Assembly (NCBI GenBank): GCA_030295235.1
Contig: AP026123.1
Coordinates: forward strand, 124,001 to 188,000
Origin: Fistulifera solaris
Taxonomy: Eukaryota
Reading direction: 5' to 3'
DNA: 64,000 bases
Made by a program: the position numbers and the translations under genes. The notes beneath the pieces are model-generated. The model worked only from the letters and a program-made list of their open reading frames with translations, ran no database searches and had not been told where the DNA came from. Of this stretch, positions 24,920-35,822 are shown in pieces. Position 1 is the first letter of the stretch. Each line of letters starts with the position of its first letter.

Positions 24920-25590
24920 GTTCCAGAAATACTGAAAATTTACTCTGGCAAACAGAAATTCTGGGGAAATCCAGAAATTCTGGACCAGTCTTTTGATCCT
25001 ACCGAAATGCTGTTCACGTTCCAGAAATACTGGCGACGATGTTGCCGATCTGGAAATTGTGTTTGGGATCATAACGAGAGAAAATGCAAATTCCAGAAAT
25101 TCTGGAAAAGCCCTTACTGATCATACAGAAATTCTGTGTTTCCTCACAAATTCTGGACCAGTCTTTTTGATCCTACCGAAATGCTGTGCACGTTCCAGAA
25201 ATTATTGGCGACGATGTTGCCGAGCGTAACGGAAGGAAGTACGCGTTCCAGAAAATTTGGACACTGTGTTTGGGAACATAACGAAAGAAAATGCAAATAT
25301 TCCAGAAATTCTGGAAAAGCCCTTACTGATCATACAGAAATTCTGTGTTGGTCCAGAAATTCTGGGTCCAGAAATTCTGGACCAGTCTTTTGATCCTACC
25401 GAAATGCTGTGCACGTTCCAGAAATTTAGGCGACAATATTGAGGCGCATAACGAAAGGAAGTACGCGTTCCAGAAAATCTGGAAATTGTGTTTGGGATCA
25501 TAAATCATAACGAAAGAAAATGCAAATTCCAGAAATTTTGGATCAATTATTTTTGATCCTATGTGGTGGTCCAGAAATTATGGACCAGTT
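24920..25590. repeat. Array of palindromic (TT)CCAGAAATTCTGG(AA) motifs with ~20-37-bp spacers, organised as a higher-order repeat of ~165-225 bp
   Basis: More than 15 copies or variants of the palindrome. The spacer core ttttgatcct recurs at ~24991, 25165, 25388 and 25551. Confidence 0.9.
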
Positions 25591-25706
25591 TTTGCAATCC
25601 ATGTTTTTTCTGTCAACGTTCTATTACGTAGTTTTCCTTTTGTAGACTTACTGTAATGATTCAAATTGGTTTTATTGACATTGTTACGGAGTACTTCAAT
25701 GGTGCC

Positions 25707-26769
25707 TTAGGTCGATGCTCGTCTTTTTTTGTCCTTCTTCGTAGGCTTCTTTTTTTGTTCCGACATGGGCGCAGCTTTTTTGTTTGTTGCCGCAGACGAC
25801 GTATCCATAGAAGACTTGAGCTTTTTGTTGTTACTGCGTTCGGTATTACTCTCTACAGATGCAATCGAATCCTTTCGCTTCTTGTGCTGCTGGCTATCGT
25901 TGGACTGCACGCTGTCCATCGATTCCTTTCGTTTCTTTGTCGTCTTTTTATTCTCTGTGTTCTTGCTAGAAACGTCCTCTTTGGAAAGCGTGTCACCACT
26001 CTTGTTGTTTTTACTCTTTTTGCTCGATGTGTCCGTCGTCGACACACCCGCGTATCCCGGAAAGTCGTATTCAATGCCCATGGCCGCCAACGCCTTTCTC
26101 TTTTTTCCCTTCTCGTTGCAACAACCGCGTCGTAATTTGTTTCAATTTCGCCAAACTTTTGCGTCGTGGCGAGGTTCGTTGTTGTGTCGGGATAAAGTTC
26201 TTTTGGTATCGAACAAATGGCGATGACATGTGGGTACGACGTGACAGACGAGTCGCTTTGTTCCCGCAATAATGTATCCCGAAAGTGTTTCAGCGACAAT
26301 CTGAGCAATATCACTGGAAGTGAACTGACAAAAGGCGTATCCCCGAGGACGTCCTGTCTTGGGACTGCGACTAAGACGCAAATTGACAATGGCACCGAAC
26401 TGCTTCAAGAAGGCAACCAATTCAAGTTCTTGCATATGCATGGGCAAGTGCCCGATGTAAATGACTGTCGAGTCTTTGATACCTTTGTTCTTTTCGCCAT
26501 TGTTTTTTAATAGTTCTTTAACAATCTTTTTCTGTTGTTGTTTGTTCTTCTTGTCTTTGATGGTTTCACCTTTGTCGTCATCATCGCCTTCGTCGTCGTC
26601 CGAATTCCATTCCGGGTCTGTTGCATGCGAAGAAGTCAATGTTCGTGTTTAGTGGGTTAGAATCATCACATTATTCATCGCGCTAACAGATGAAATCCTA
26701 CATACCTTGTTCGAGTTGTTGCAATTTGTTCTGCAAGGTCTCTTCTGCTTGTTCCAAGGCGGATTTCAT
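25707..26769 (-). CDS. NOP15: Nucleolar RRM protein NIFK/Nop15-like; intron 26618-26705, frameshifts ~26090-26180; start codon uncertain
   Basis: RRM VIYIGHLP...QFG...LRLSRSPKTGRPRGYAFCQF...IVAETLSGY, followed by GIEYDFPGY and a Lys-rich tail. The GTATG...CAG intron joins MKSALEQ...LEQ to DPEWNSDD. Confidence 0.8.
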
Positions 26770-27368
26770 GATGCTCTGTCGTGTTTCGGTCAAGATATGA
26801 CCTGCTTTCTTCCTCTTAGTGAAGTTTGTTTAACAAGGGTCGGCAACTGTCGGTTTACAATCCTTTTGATTGATCAAAGAAGGCCGTTCTCTTCGATTGT
26901 TGCTTTTCTTGTTTTTTCTTTTCCGCGGTTTGGATTTTTGCGGTTATCGTTTGAATGGACGGAGGAGAACAGGATGGGTGAACAGACGATGTGAGTGCCG
27001 GACGACACCAAGCTCGTGACTCTGTAGTGCGTGAATGATGCCCGACCGTTTTCTGAAGCGCATCGACACGACACACACGACACGGACGATCGAGTGTTTT
27101 TGTCTTTAATGACGATGATGGCGGTGGCCATTATTAAAAAAGTCGAAAGAAGAGCACATCGTTGTCATTTTCTTTTCATTATTATCATTACTTTTGTTAC
27201 TCAAAAGAGTAGACTCTTCCTCGTTAGCTACGCAGTATCAATAAGGCAACCGTTGCTATAAATAACTCAACTTTTTGGAGACTGTAACGACAAAAACAAT
27301 AGAACGACGACGTCCTTTTAAATACACCCTTATTGCTTTTCTCGAATTACTCTTCTAATATTATTATC

Positions 27369-27752
27369 ATGTCCGCGAAAACAGAAACAAAACCAGTCAA
27401 AGAAGACAGTAAGTTCCCGGTTCCGTATTTTAGTTTCGCGCTGCGCCTCTGGCCCTCTTGATTGTAAGCTCAAACCTCCCTCTCACACACTCCACTATTT
27501 ACCCTCCTTTTCACCGCTTCGACCTCTTATAACAGCCGGCACTGACATCAAATCAGTTGCCATTAATTTGGCTTCCAACTTACTCATGGCCTTGCCGATC
27601 GCCTTGTACATGACTTCAGCCAAATATGTGTATGAAATGATGGCGGGTTTGATGGCCTCTTTGCGCTGGCGTATGTATTGCCTCCCATGGGTTGGCGACG
27701 ACCGCATCCGTATTCGGATGATCCGGCGAATCGACCCGTGAAGCGTGCCTAA
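27369..27752 (+). CDS. Small spliced protein (~81-85 aa) with one hydrophobic segment, absent from the ORF track; intron 27409-27535
   Basis: ATG at 27369, GTAAGT donor, and a pyrimidine-rich intron ending AACAG. The spliced frame reads MSAKTETKPVKEDTGTDIKSVAINLASNLLMALPIALYMTSAKYVYE... It ends at TGA 27741 as written, or at TAA 27752 if one A is missing at ~27635. Confidence 0.6.
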
Positions 27753-27921
27753 AGCAGGCGAATGAATTACAGAAGGCGGGGAGTATTTACAGTGATTAAC
27801 AGGCGAGTCGATTCGCGGTATCGTAATGAATAAGACTTCGTTTACTTTGCATACAAATGTATTCGCACTCTTTTTTTAAAAAAGAGACTTTAATGTAGTG
27901 AACCGTGTGTTTAGCTTTAAG

Positions 27922-29109
27922 TTAAGTACTCGCCTTGGCGTTGTTACGGTAACCAACTCCCAAACAACTCAACATTACCGTCTTGGTGTCCATGTCGGGT
28001 TGCACTTTAAACTCAATTCCCAATAATTCCTTGTAAAGACGCAAACAGTGAATCGTGTACTGAGAGAGCGTCCCCACGCGGACTCGGCTCACATCTTGTG
28101 GCGTCAAACACATCAACAACAGCGCGGTGGCTTGTAAGTCGGTATCAATGCATCCGCCCCGACGAATCTCTTCCAACAAAGCACAAGCGGCGCGTTGCCC
28201 TAATTCTTCCGGTGCCTCACGTTGTTGCTTTTGATCTCCCAAACAGGCTTCAGCTGACAGCATAACGCCTGTAGTCGATTCCGCCGTCAACAAAATACTC
28301 ACTGCCGGACTCGGACCGCATTTGTGTTGCTTGATTGTATGTGCGTCCGTGTGAATCCACACATCCGGTAACAAGCGATGAAAGACGCCTTTGGCAGCAT
28401 ACGCAGCCCGTGCTGCCGTCGACGAAGAAATCAATTGGGTACTGACGACAGTCCCCCGCACGCGTTTGATCAAGCCAGGATCCGTCCAGTCGATAGATTG
28501 GAGTTCCGTGACAATCGGGCAATATAACTCGACTTGACCACCTCCCCGTGGAGCGCCTCCGCGCTGTCGAATGTGAATGGCGGGAGGCGAGTCTGCCAGG
28601 AAATCGTTGGGATCGGGAATTCCGATTCCGAATTGCTGATAGAGGATCGGCATGTGTTTCTTCCAGTAGTCGATGGAAGGATCTTGATGCTCCAGTCCGT
28701 CAGTGACGCAATTCGTGAAGGTCACTTGTAGTGCTTCTTTCCCGAACGGAGCCAACGGAAGTATTCCCTGCACCAACCAACCGACATGATGCGGACTCTC
28801 TTCGTTGCGCGAATTACTGCAATCATGTTCGATGATACCGCCCGTCAACAGACCCGGCTGAAAACGCAATTGCGTACCCGCTGTGTTGATTTCTAGCTGT
28901 GAACCGTTCGTCATTTGATCGAGTAATCGTAAGAAATTGATTTCACGCGGCGATAAACCGGGAGCTTCTAGATCATTGTGACGAATGTTTCGTATCACAA
29001 TCGGGCGATTCGTTAAAATGCTCACAACGAGTCTCATACGAAACAAGACGGCTCCATCGTCAAAATACGTAAACTTTGTGTTGCTTTTGGTACTTGCGGG
29101 CCGCTTCAT
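27922..29109 (-). CDS. RCL1: RNA 3'-terminal phosphate cyclase-like protein (18S rRNA processing)
   Basis: FRMRLVVSIL...IRNIR...PGL..EINFLRLLD.MTNGS..EIN..GT, LPLAPFGK, RGGAPRGGG, PDVWIHTD and PEELG motifs. Confidence 0.93.
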   Translation of the reverse strand: MKRPASTKSNTKFTYFDDGAVLFRMRLVVSILTNRPIVIRNIRHNDLEAPGLSPREINFLRLLDQMTNGSQLEINTAGTQLRFQPGLLTGGIIEHDCSNSRNEESPHHVGWLVQGILPLAPFGKEALQVTFTNCVTDGLEHQDPSIDYWKKHMPILYQQFGIGIPDPNDFLADSPPAIHIRQRGGAPRGGGQVELYCPIVTELQSIDWTDPGLIKRVRGTVVSTQLISSSTAARAAYAAKGVFHRLLPDVWIHTDAHTIKQHKCGPSPAVSILLTAESTTGVMLSAEACLGDQKQQREAPEELGQRAACALLEEIRRGGCIDTDLQATALLLMCLTPQDVSRVRVGTLSQYTIHCLRLYKELLGIEFKVQPDMDTKTVMLSCLGVGYRNNAKAST

Positions 29110-29976
29110 CTTATCAGTGCTAGTGTATTTGCTTGTTAATGCCCTTCAATCATAAAGCGAATGAGTTTTTCTTGTTGTCATCATTTTCTGCGTTTTTTGT
29201 GTGAAATATTTTGGATGGCCCTTCGCTCCTCCAACCTGCTGACGTACAGACCAATAAGGTTTTGCTTAGTATACAACCTAAGTGTAGTCTCGTCTAAGCT
29301 TCAGGGATGGCGTGCGTGAAGCATGCCGCGTGCCGCCTGCCGACGACTCACCTAATTTTTATGTAGACTAGTCCAGGGGACGACGGAATATTTTTATTAA
29401 CATCAAAATCAATCTTCATGCGTACCGCGACGGCAACAAAAAAGACCATCGCGTTTCAACGTGTTGTTTTTCGAGGCCTCACGGCGAGGCTTTGATGTTT
29501 ATTATAGCGAAAACTGTAGATTGTTACCTACATCAATAAAATTCCTACGAGGCCTACGTCAACACATAGCCTTTCGATGCAAAATATCTCTCAACATTTC
29601 TAGGATTCAAGTCGAGCTAATAACGATTACTATTGACGGATAGAAGTTATCTACGTTGATGATAAGGTAAACATCACTTTTTGGCAGAGAGACTCGAGAA
29701 TTAATGCTAAAAATATTTGATATATCCGGGTTCCCATTCAGATATAAGTTCCCTACGGCGGCTACGTAATAGCGTGTAGACAGTAGACACTGGAAGACTT
29801 TGTACTGCTTCATAGTTTTGAAGACTTGCTCGGACCATAGAGTACTGGTAACGACGAGGTTTGAGTCAGCGACTAGCAGCTGTTTAAACTCTGATAAGAT
29901 TACAGTATTCGTTAGATTACAATGCAACGACGAACTACCCATCTCATGATATGATGCTTGAACGATCGGTGAAAAC

Positions 29977-32900
29977 TTAGGCATCATCGTCGGAGCTATC
30001 GCAAAGATCAATTATCTCTGAGCTCCTGGAGGAAGGGGATTGTCGCACGGGTTTTTCGTCCAAGAGTAGCTCACATTTGACATCTTTGCCTTTCTCTGTA
30101 TTCTGTTTCTTGTCAGGAAACGAAATTTCACTTATAAGCATAGTGGAGCTTTCATTGAGCGCGGATGCAACCGCCTGGTCAGACTCTATCCCCTCAGCGG
30201 CACTCAGTACTCGTGAGCTAGCAACTTGGGGTGCTCCAGACTCGTTACTGCTTTGGTCATTCGCAGCAGCCTCGCCTGGTTGCAACGATACAAGAGAAGG
30301 CACAGCCTCAACTGGAGGTGCGGATGCATCACAGCTTTGATCTCTCTGAACAGCCTCAGTGGCCAAAAGAATTCTGGCATGTTCAACTTCTTCACCGTCA
30401 TGTCTCGATTGAAGTAAGGAATCGTGATAATAATGACGGCTTATAAGAGAGGTATCCTTCTTGTGGTCGGAAATCGAGAGGAGATGTAAAAGAAGTTCAT
30501 CCTCCTCCTCAGGCAGACATGTAGCTTGTTCCTGCTTTGCCTTAGGTTTCTGAGGCGATGCGGGCAAGCCATTCTTGAAAAAATCGAGATACCATGTTTG
30601 ATCGCGTTCAGGCAACTTGCAATCGTTGTTGTGCTCATCCGTATTCATTTCGCAAAACCATTTCTCCGGTAGGTCTTCCTCTGACTCTCCAAACAACATA
30701 CGCCACTTATCACATTTGTCGCATTGTACCCAAAGTTGACTCTCCTGGAAATCTTCTAGCTCCTTCGCTGTGAAGAAACCATCGATCGCTTTGCTATCAA
30801 TTATACGAAGAGCTAAACTGGTCTTATTGACGGAACGTTTGTATATCTTCTCTTCCATCGTGCCCTCGGTGAGTAACCTGTAACAATGAACTGGTTTCTG
30901 TTGACCATATCGGTACGCGCGAAACACAGCCTGAGCCATGACAGTGGGATTGAAGTGGCTATCTACCAAGACAACTCGAGAGGCTGAAGTCTGTATTACA
31001 AGGTGAGTTTACGAATCATGCAGAATAGAAGTCAGTAACACTACGCACCAGGTTAATCCCTAAGCTCCCAGCCTCCGTTGAAATAAGAAAAGCACGCAGA
31101 TCGCCGTCGGCTCCATCCTTATTGAAGGCATTGATTGACTGGCCTCGTTGTGCTGAGCTGCTAGAACCATCAATACGCAGATAATGCCGACCTTTCTCCC
31201 ACTCCCCAAGGCGCTGTCCTGAAAAGCAAGACAAAGACGGCACCTGCGATATCCAATCTCGAGAATTAAGGACGCCTTCGATATAATTCAGTGTCGGTAG
31301 GTATTGGGAAAAGATGAGAACCTTTTCCCCAAGTACTTCGGCATATGCGAGAAGATGAAGCAAAAGCACAATCTTATTGCCACCCGTGATTTTCTCAAGC
31401 TCTTCGGCTTCGGATTGCAAAGTAAGATGCTTTCTACACCAGACTTTAGAAGTCATTTTATTCATGCCCTCCACAGCGGAGTACTTCAGAAGACAAGATG
31501 GGTGATTGTGCACTGGACTGAGCTCGGAGTACATCTTGAAAAAGCCTCTGAGCTCAGGATTCGATTTACGAGCTTTTTCGAATGTTCGATAAATCTTGCT
31601 TTGAATGTGGCTTGGACGGACGTGCACAACCACCTGGGAAAGCTTGGGGAGATCATTTTCAAGAACAGACAAATCCTTTCTATGTACGTGTGCATCGACA
31701 AGTTTACGGAGATCAGCCGATCGCGCAGCTATGAGCGCTTTCTGGTGTCTCGTAGAATCTTTGACCTGACCTTGCAAGATCGGATCTATGAACTCCTTTC
31801 TAAACTGCTGCAACGCTCCGAAAACACCATCCCGGATGAAATTACAAATATGGTAGTATTCCTCGAGGTTGTTTTGAAAGGGGACCCTGAAAGCAAAATG
31901 CGTCGCTTCGTCGCAAATTTTGAAAGCGCTGTGAAAATTTGTGTTGAAGGGTTCTTGATCATGGAATGAGCTTCGTCTAGGACAAGAATGTCTGCATGGA
32001 GAAGGTCAGTCTCTTTTCCATTGACAACGGCAAGATTTGGAAGTGTATCTTTAGATACCAAAAAGATGCCCCCAGTCGCCATCCACTTATCAATCAAAGT
32101 ATGTCTTGCCTGAATTTCCATGTTGAAAGGCGTGTAAACACACAGTTTTGGGCTGACATATTCAAGCCACGTCGTGAATTCCTCTGCCCAATTGGCAAGT
32201 GTATTCACCGGAACAACCAAGACTACAGTACGCAATATTTTCTTGTCATTTTGCGACGAGATCATCGAAGGGTGCGTAAGAACTGTGTGCAGCAGAGCTA
32301 TGGCTGTCAGCGTTTTACCAAGACCCTGACGCAAAAAAATGCAGTGAGAATTCGACTCGTCCTCGAGATTCAATGCCATAGAGGACTTACCATGTGATGA
32401 GCAAGAATACATCCCCCCACGCGTTCATCGTTCGGATCGCCATTGTAATTCGTTTCAAAATCACAAAAGAATTCCTCCAAATAAATTTAACGCCGTCTTT
32501 TTGGTGTTGTTTCAATATGCGCGCAAATCCCTGTGCTATCGATACTTTGCGAATTACTCCTTCGGTTTTCAGGCCATGAGATAAACCTTCGTTTGATGAA
32601 GGTGTACACAGTACATCCTCAGAGTCAAGAAATGGACCGTCGACCTCCGCCAATGAAACAATTTCGGACTCTTGAGATAAACGATTATCATTCAAAGGAG
32701 TATCCTTTTGTTTTGAACGGATGTTGGTCGTCTTTGACTGATTGGTGGACGCACTCTTTTGTTCGTTCGAAATAGCGCCCGCTGCTTTGTATGCTCTACC
32801 ACCATCTTTCCGTTCTTGCTTCTAATGGTTGGTCCTTCAGCCTTCATGATGTCCTTATCCTTGGTTTCGGCCTGACGTTTGACGGTGACTCCTTTTTGCG

Positions 32901-34511
32901 CAAATCTCGATTCTCTTGATTCAAAAGTGCGCGCAGACCATCCATTGTAGGTTTGGGGAAAAATTTAGACGTCCACCCAGTACCTTTGCATCCTTCGACG
33001 TCTAGCATTGCATCTATTGGTGCGATCTCCACAATATCATTTGAGCAATCTTTTTGGTATTCCTGCTCAGGGAGAACGTCTTCAACCATTGATTCTACTC
33101 TCTGTGGTCTACGCTCATCCACCGCCCTGTCAGCTGCTTGGACCCAATCGGGGGCCACGACGGGCAAAGTAGGTGCCGGTAAGGATAAGTAATCCGCCGA
33201 GTAGTAGACCGTTGCCAGGTCAATACCCCGGCCTTCCAATTCGTCGTGAAGTCTAGCAATGAAGTCTTCAAGGCGAGCATCGTGACGCAATTGCATCTCC
33301 TCCCACGTATTAAGCTCTTCTAGAACCGCTTCTTCCAGTTCTGATTCTAAAACAGTCTCTTTGAGTTCCTGTCGAATTTCTTCATATCGGAGCTGAACAT
33401 TCGCATCTTCGAGCGCTTCTTCGCACTCTTTCTTCTTCTCGTCGGCAACCTTCAGCTCTTGCAAAATATCGTCAACCGTGCGCTCAGAGATGGCCGCTGC
33501 TGTAGGGTCCGACGCCGACAAGGCTTGTAGGGTCGGAGTTGGATTGCACGCAAGACAGTGCCACTCGTCGTCGCTCGCCTGTAGCACAGAAGAATCCAAT
33601 CCAGCTTTCTCGACACATTCGAAGCAGAATTCATTCCGACAAACGAGACTCTGGACAACATTGTCGCAAAGGAATGACGTTTCCGTTTCTTCGCCACATC
33701 CCGTACAAGCCGAACGGTGCCTGATCGCGTCCTTGACACTTTCGTAGCAGACCGAACAAAGCGGTGTATCCAAAACGGGATGTGCATGCATGGCGTAGCA
33801 ACAGACTTGCTCGTCATCACTCACCAGTTCCACGTGACAAACCCAGCAGTGACTTTGAAAAAATAAGTCGCATTTGTCAGGTGACGGAGGACCCGGGCCG
33901 TCGTCGTCGTTATCGTCGTTGCTGCTGTTGTTTTTAACAACGGAAATATCATCGTCGGTACTCTCAGCGACGGATATATCAGCATCTTCCGCAGTGTTAT
34001 CATTGACGGGCGAAGTATCAGCATTTTCACCGCTACTATCAGCAAGCGATGTGTCCGAATCTTGGTCCCTATTATCGCTCTTTGCGGCTGCCTTGTGATC
34101 ATTGGTGCTGTCAGCCGCCTCTTCCTCATTGTTGTCCGTAAGAGAACTATCCGTATCTTCGTTGTTGCTGTTTTCAGTCTTTTTGGCTTCATCTGGAGCT
34201 TTCTTCGGGGTAGCAGTGTTGTTTGCGCTAACTTTCCTTTCCGACGCACTCTCGTCCTCGCTGTCGCTCCTGAGGTCGATGATTTCAATTTCATCAATCT
34301 GGGGCTCAGCAGGAGGTTTTCGCGCAACACTCGATCGAGACTTCTTTCGGGAAGGTCCTCTTCGTGTGTCATCAGAACTCGATGTATCATCATCGCTGAA
34401 AGTACTAGCAGAGCGTTTTCGTTTACGAGCATAGAACGAGGATTGCCATTCGAACGGGTTTCGTCGTTCATTGTGATCACGGTCACTGCGATCTCTGCGG
34501 GAGCTGTTCAT
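29977..34511 (-). CDS. ATRX: ATRX-like SNF2 chromatin remodeller with an ADD domain and a C-terminal zf-CW; introns 32326-32390 and 30991-31048, several frameshifts
   Basis: ADD domain (CWVC...HPVLDTPLCSVC...CTGC...LCD...C...FCFEC...WHCLAC); LKQHQKDGVKFIW; spliced AHHM|GLGKT; DEAH; LRIDGS; ISTEAGSLGINL|TSASRVVLVDSHFNP; QAVFRAYRYGQ; WVQCDKCDKWR...WFC...C. Confidence 0.85.
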
Positions 34512-34949
34512 GCTTTATTATTCGTATTGCGCCAATCCGCACTGATTGAAAGAGAATGCTGGTAGTATAATGAAAAGGGAGCTTGAATCTCTTTGTGTTG
34601 CGCTCTCGCGTTTGTTATTGCAACAAAATAAATGTAATCAACAAGCTTCACAATTATTCTGTCGCATTTTTCACGGATCACGACTATCCACTACAATGTA
34701 CAAGGGGTGTTGGAGGGAAACTATTAAGGTTTGAAAGGAGCAGTGAGCGCTGGTACATTTTCTACGTAAATCGTCTCCTGCACCCTTGTGTAAAACAGCA
34801 ATGCGGCGGCGCACCTTTACCTGGTACTGCAATGACAAAAATGACACAACACATATCACGCGAAGAAGTCGTTTCCTTTGAACGCATTAACTAAACAATT
34901 AAACGTTTCTCTCTTTATTTGAACTCCACAATACACATAAAAGATTCCA

Positions 34950-35752
34950 ATGTCGAGCAAGCCGCCCCAGCCAACGTCAGGGCGAGATGTTCTTCACTTT
35001 ATCCCGAATTACATCGGATACTTCCGTGTCGCCTGTTCTTTGACGAGTTTCCTTCTCATGATCGGATTTCCCCAACTATGGCTCATGGCGATCATCTTGT
35101 ATCTTTTGAATTTCATCGGTGACTTGTTTGACGGATTAATCGCTCGGAAACTCAATCAATGCAGCAGTTTTGGAGGAATCCTTGACATGCTGACCGATCG
35201 GTGCAGTACAGCGGGGTTGTTAATGATTCTTTCCGTCGAATACCTTCCGATCGATGCGTCTTTATCGTTCCCCTTGTGCCGTACGGCGTTCTTGTTGCTG
35301 GTGTTATTGGATGTGAGCTCTCATTGGATGCAGACTTATAGTGTCTTGGCTACAGGACATCATCACAAGAGTAAAGAAGGCAACAAAGGTCGTAATATTC
35401 TAGTGGTACGTCTTTTGTCGTGCTTCTCAGCCCTGTCATTCGCAAGGCCTACATTTAACTTCAACTCTTCCTCTCATAATCCTTGTTACAGCAATGGTTC
35501 TATGCCTATTATTGGTTCTTCGGGTATCTTTGTGTCGGAGCTGAATTTACGTATATGATCCTATACGCTCGCAATCACATACAGAATGCACCAGCATTCT
35601 TGCAAAAGGGTCTGGATGCCTTTCTCGTCGTGTGTATACCAGCCTGTCTGGCGAAACAAGTAGTGAATATGGCTCAACTTTTGTCGGCTTGTCAAGCAAT
35701 TGCCAATCACGATGCTGAACAAATAAATGCGAGTCGCAATAAGAAACAATAG
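34950..35752 (+). CDS. PIS1: Phosphatidylinositol synthase (CDP-alcohol phosphatidyltransferase); intron 35406-35491
   Basis: IPNYIGYFR and the CDP-alcohol motif DLFDGLIARKLNQCSSFGGILDMLTDR; LDVSSHW; HHKS; LAKQVVN. Confidence 0.92.
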
Positions 35753-35822
35753 AGCGTCTCAACGCAAAATTATCATGCAATATAAAACAGAATTAGAATG
35801 ATCGCGTTGTAATTCTACAATT

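Noticed and set aside
24878..25508. Short ORFs over the repeat array (likewise 43178-43670, 56212-56879 and 62655-62994)
   Set aside because: They are by-products of stop-poor repeats in several frames, with no recognisable protein features.
24920..25590. CRISPR array interpretation of the palindrome-spacer arrays (also 43360-43580 and 56300-56810)
   Set aside because: Eukaryotic context, no cas genes in the window, repeats only 13-17 bp and degenerate, and spacers recur or are mutually related rather than unique.
26855..27131. ORFs upstream of NOP15 as extra 5' coding exons
   Set aside because: No frame joins cleanly to the RRM exon, and the ATG at 26769 gives a simpler model. Not fully excluded given the indel errors.
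29607..30011. 134-aa minus-strand ORF downstream of ATRX
   Set aside because: Overlaps the ATRX stop and 3' region and has no recognisable motif.
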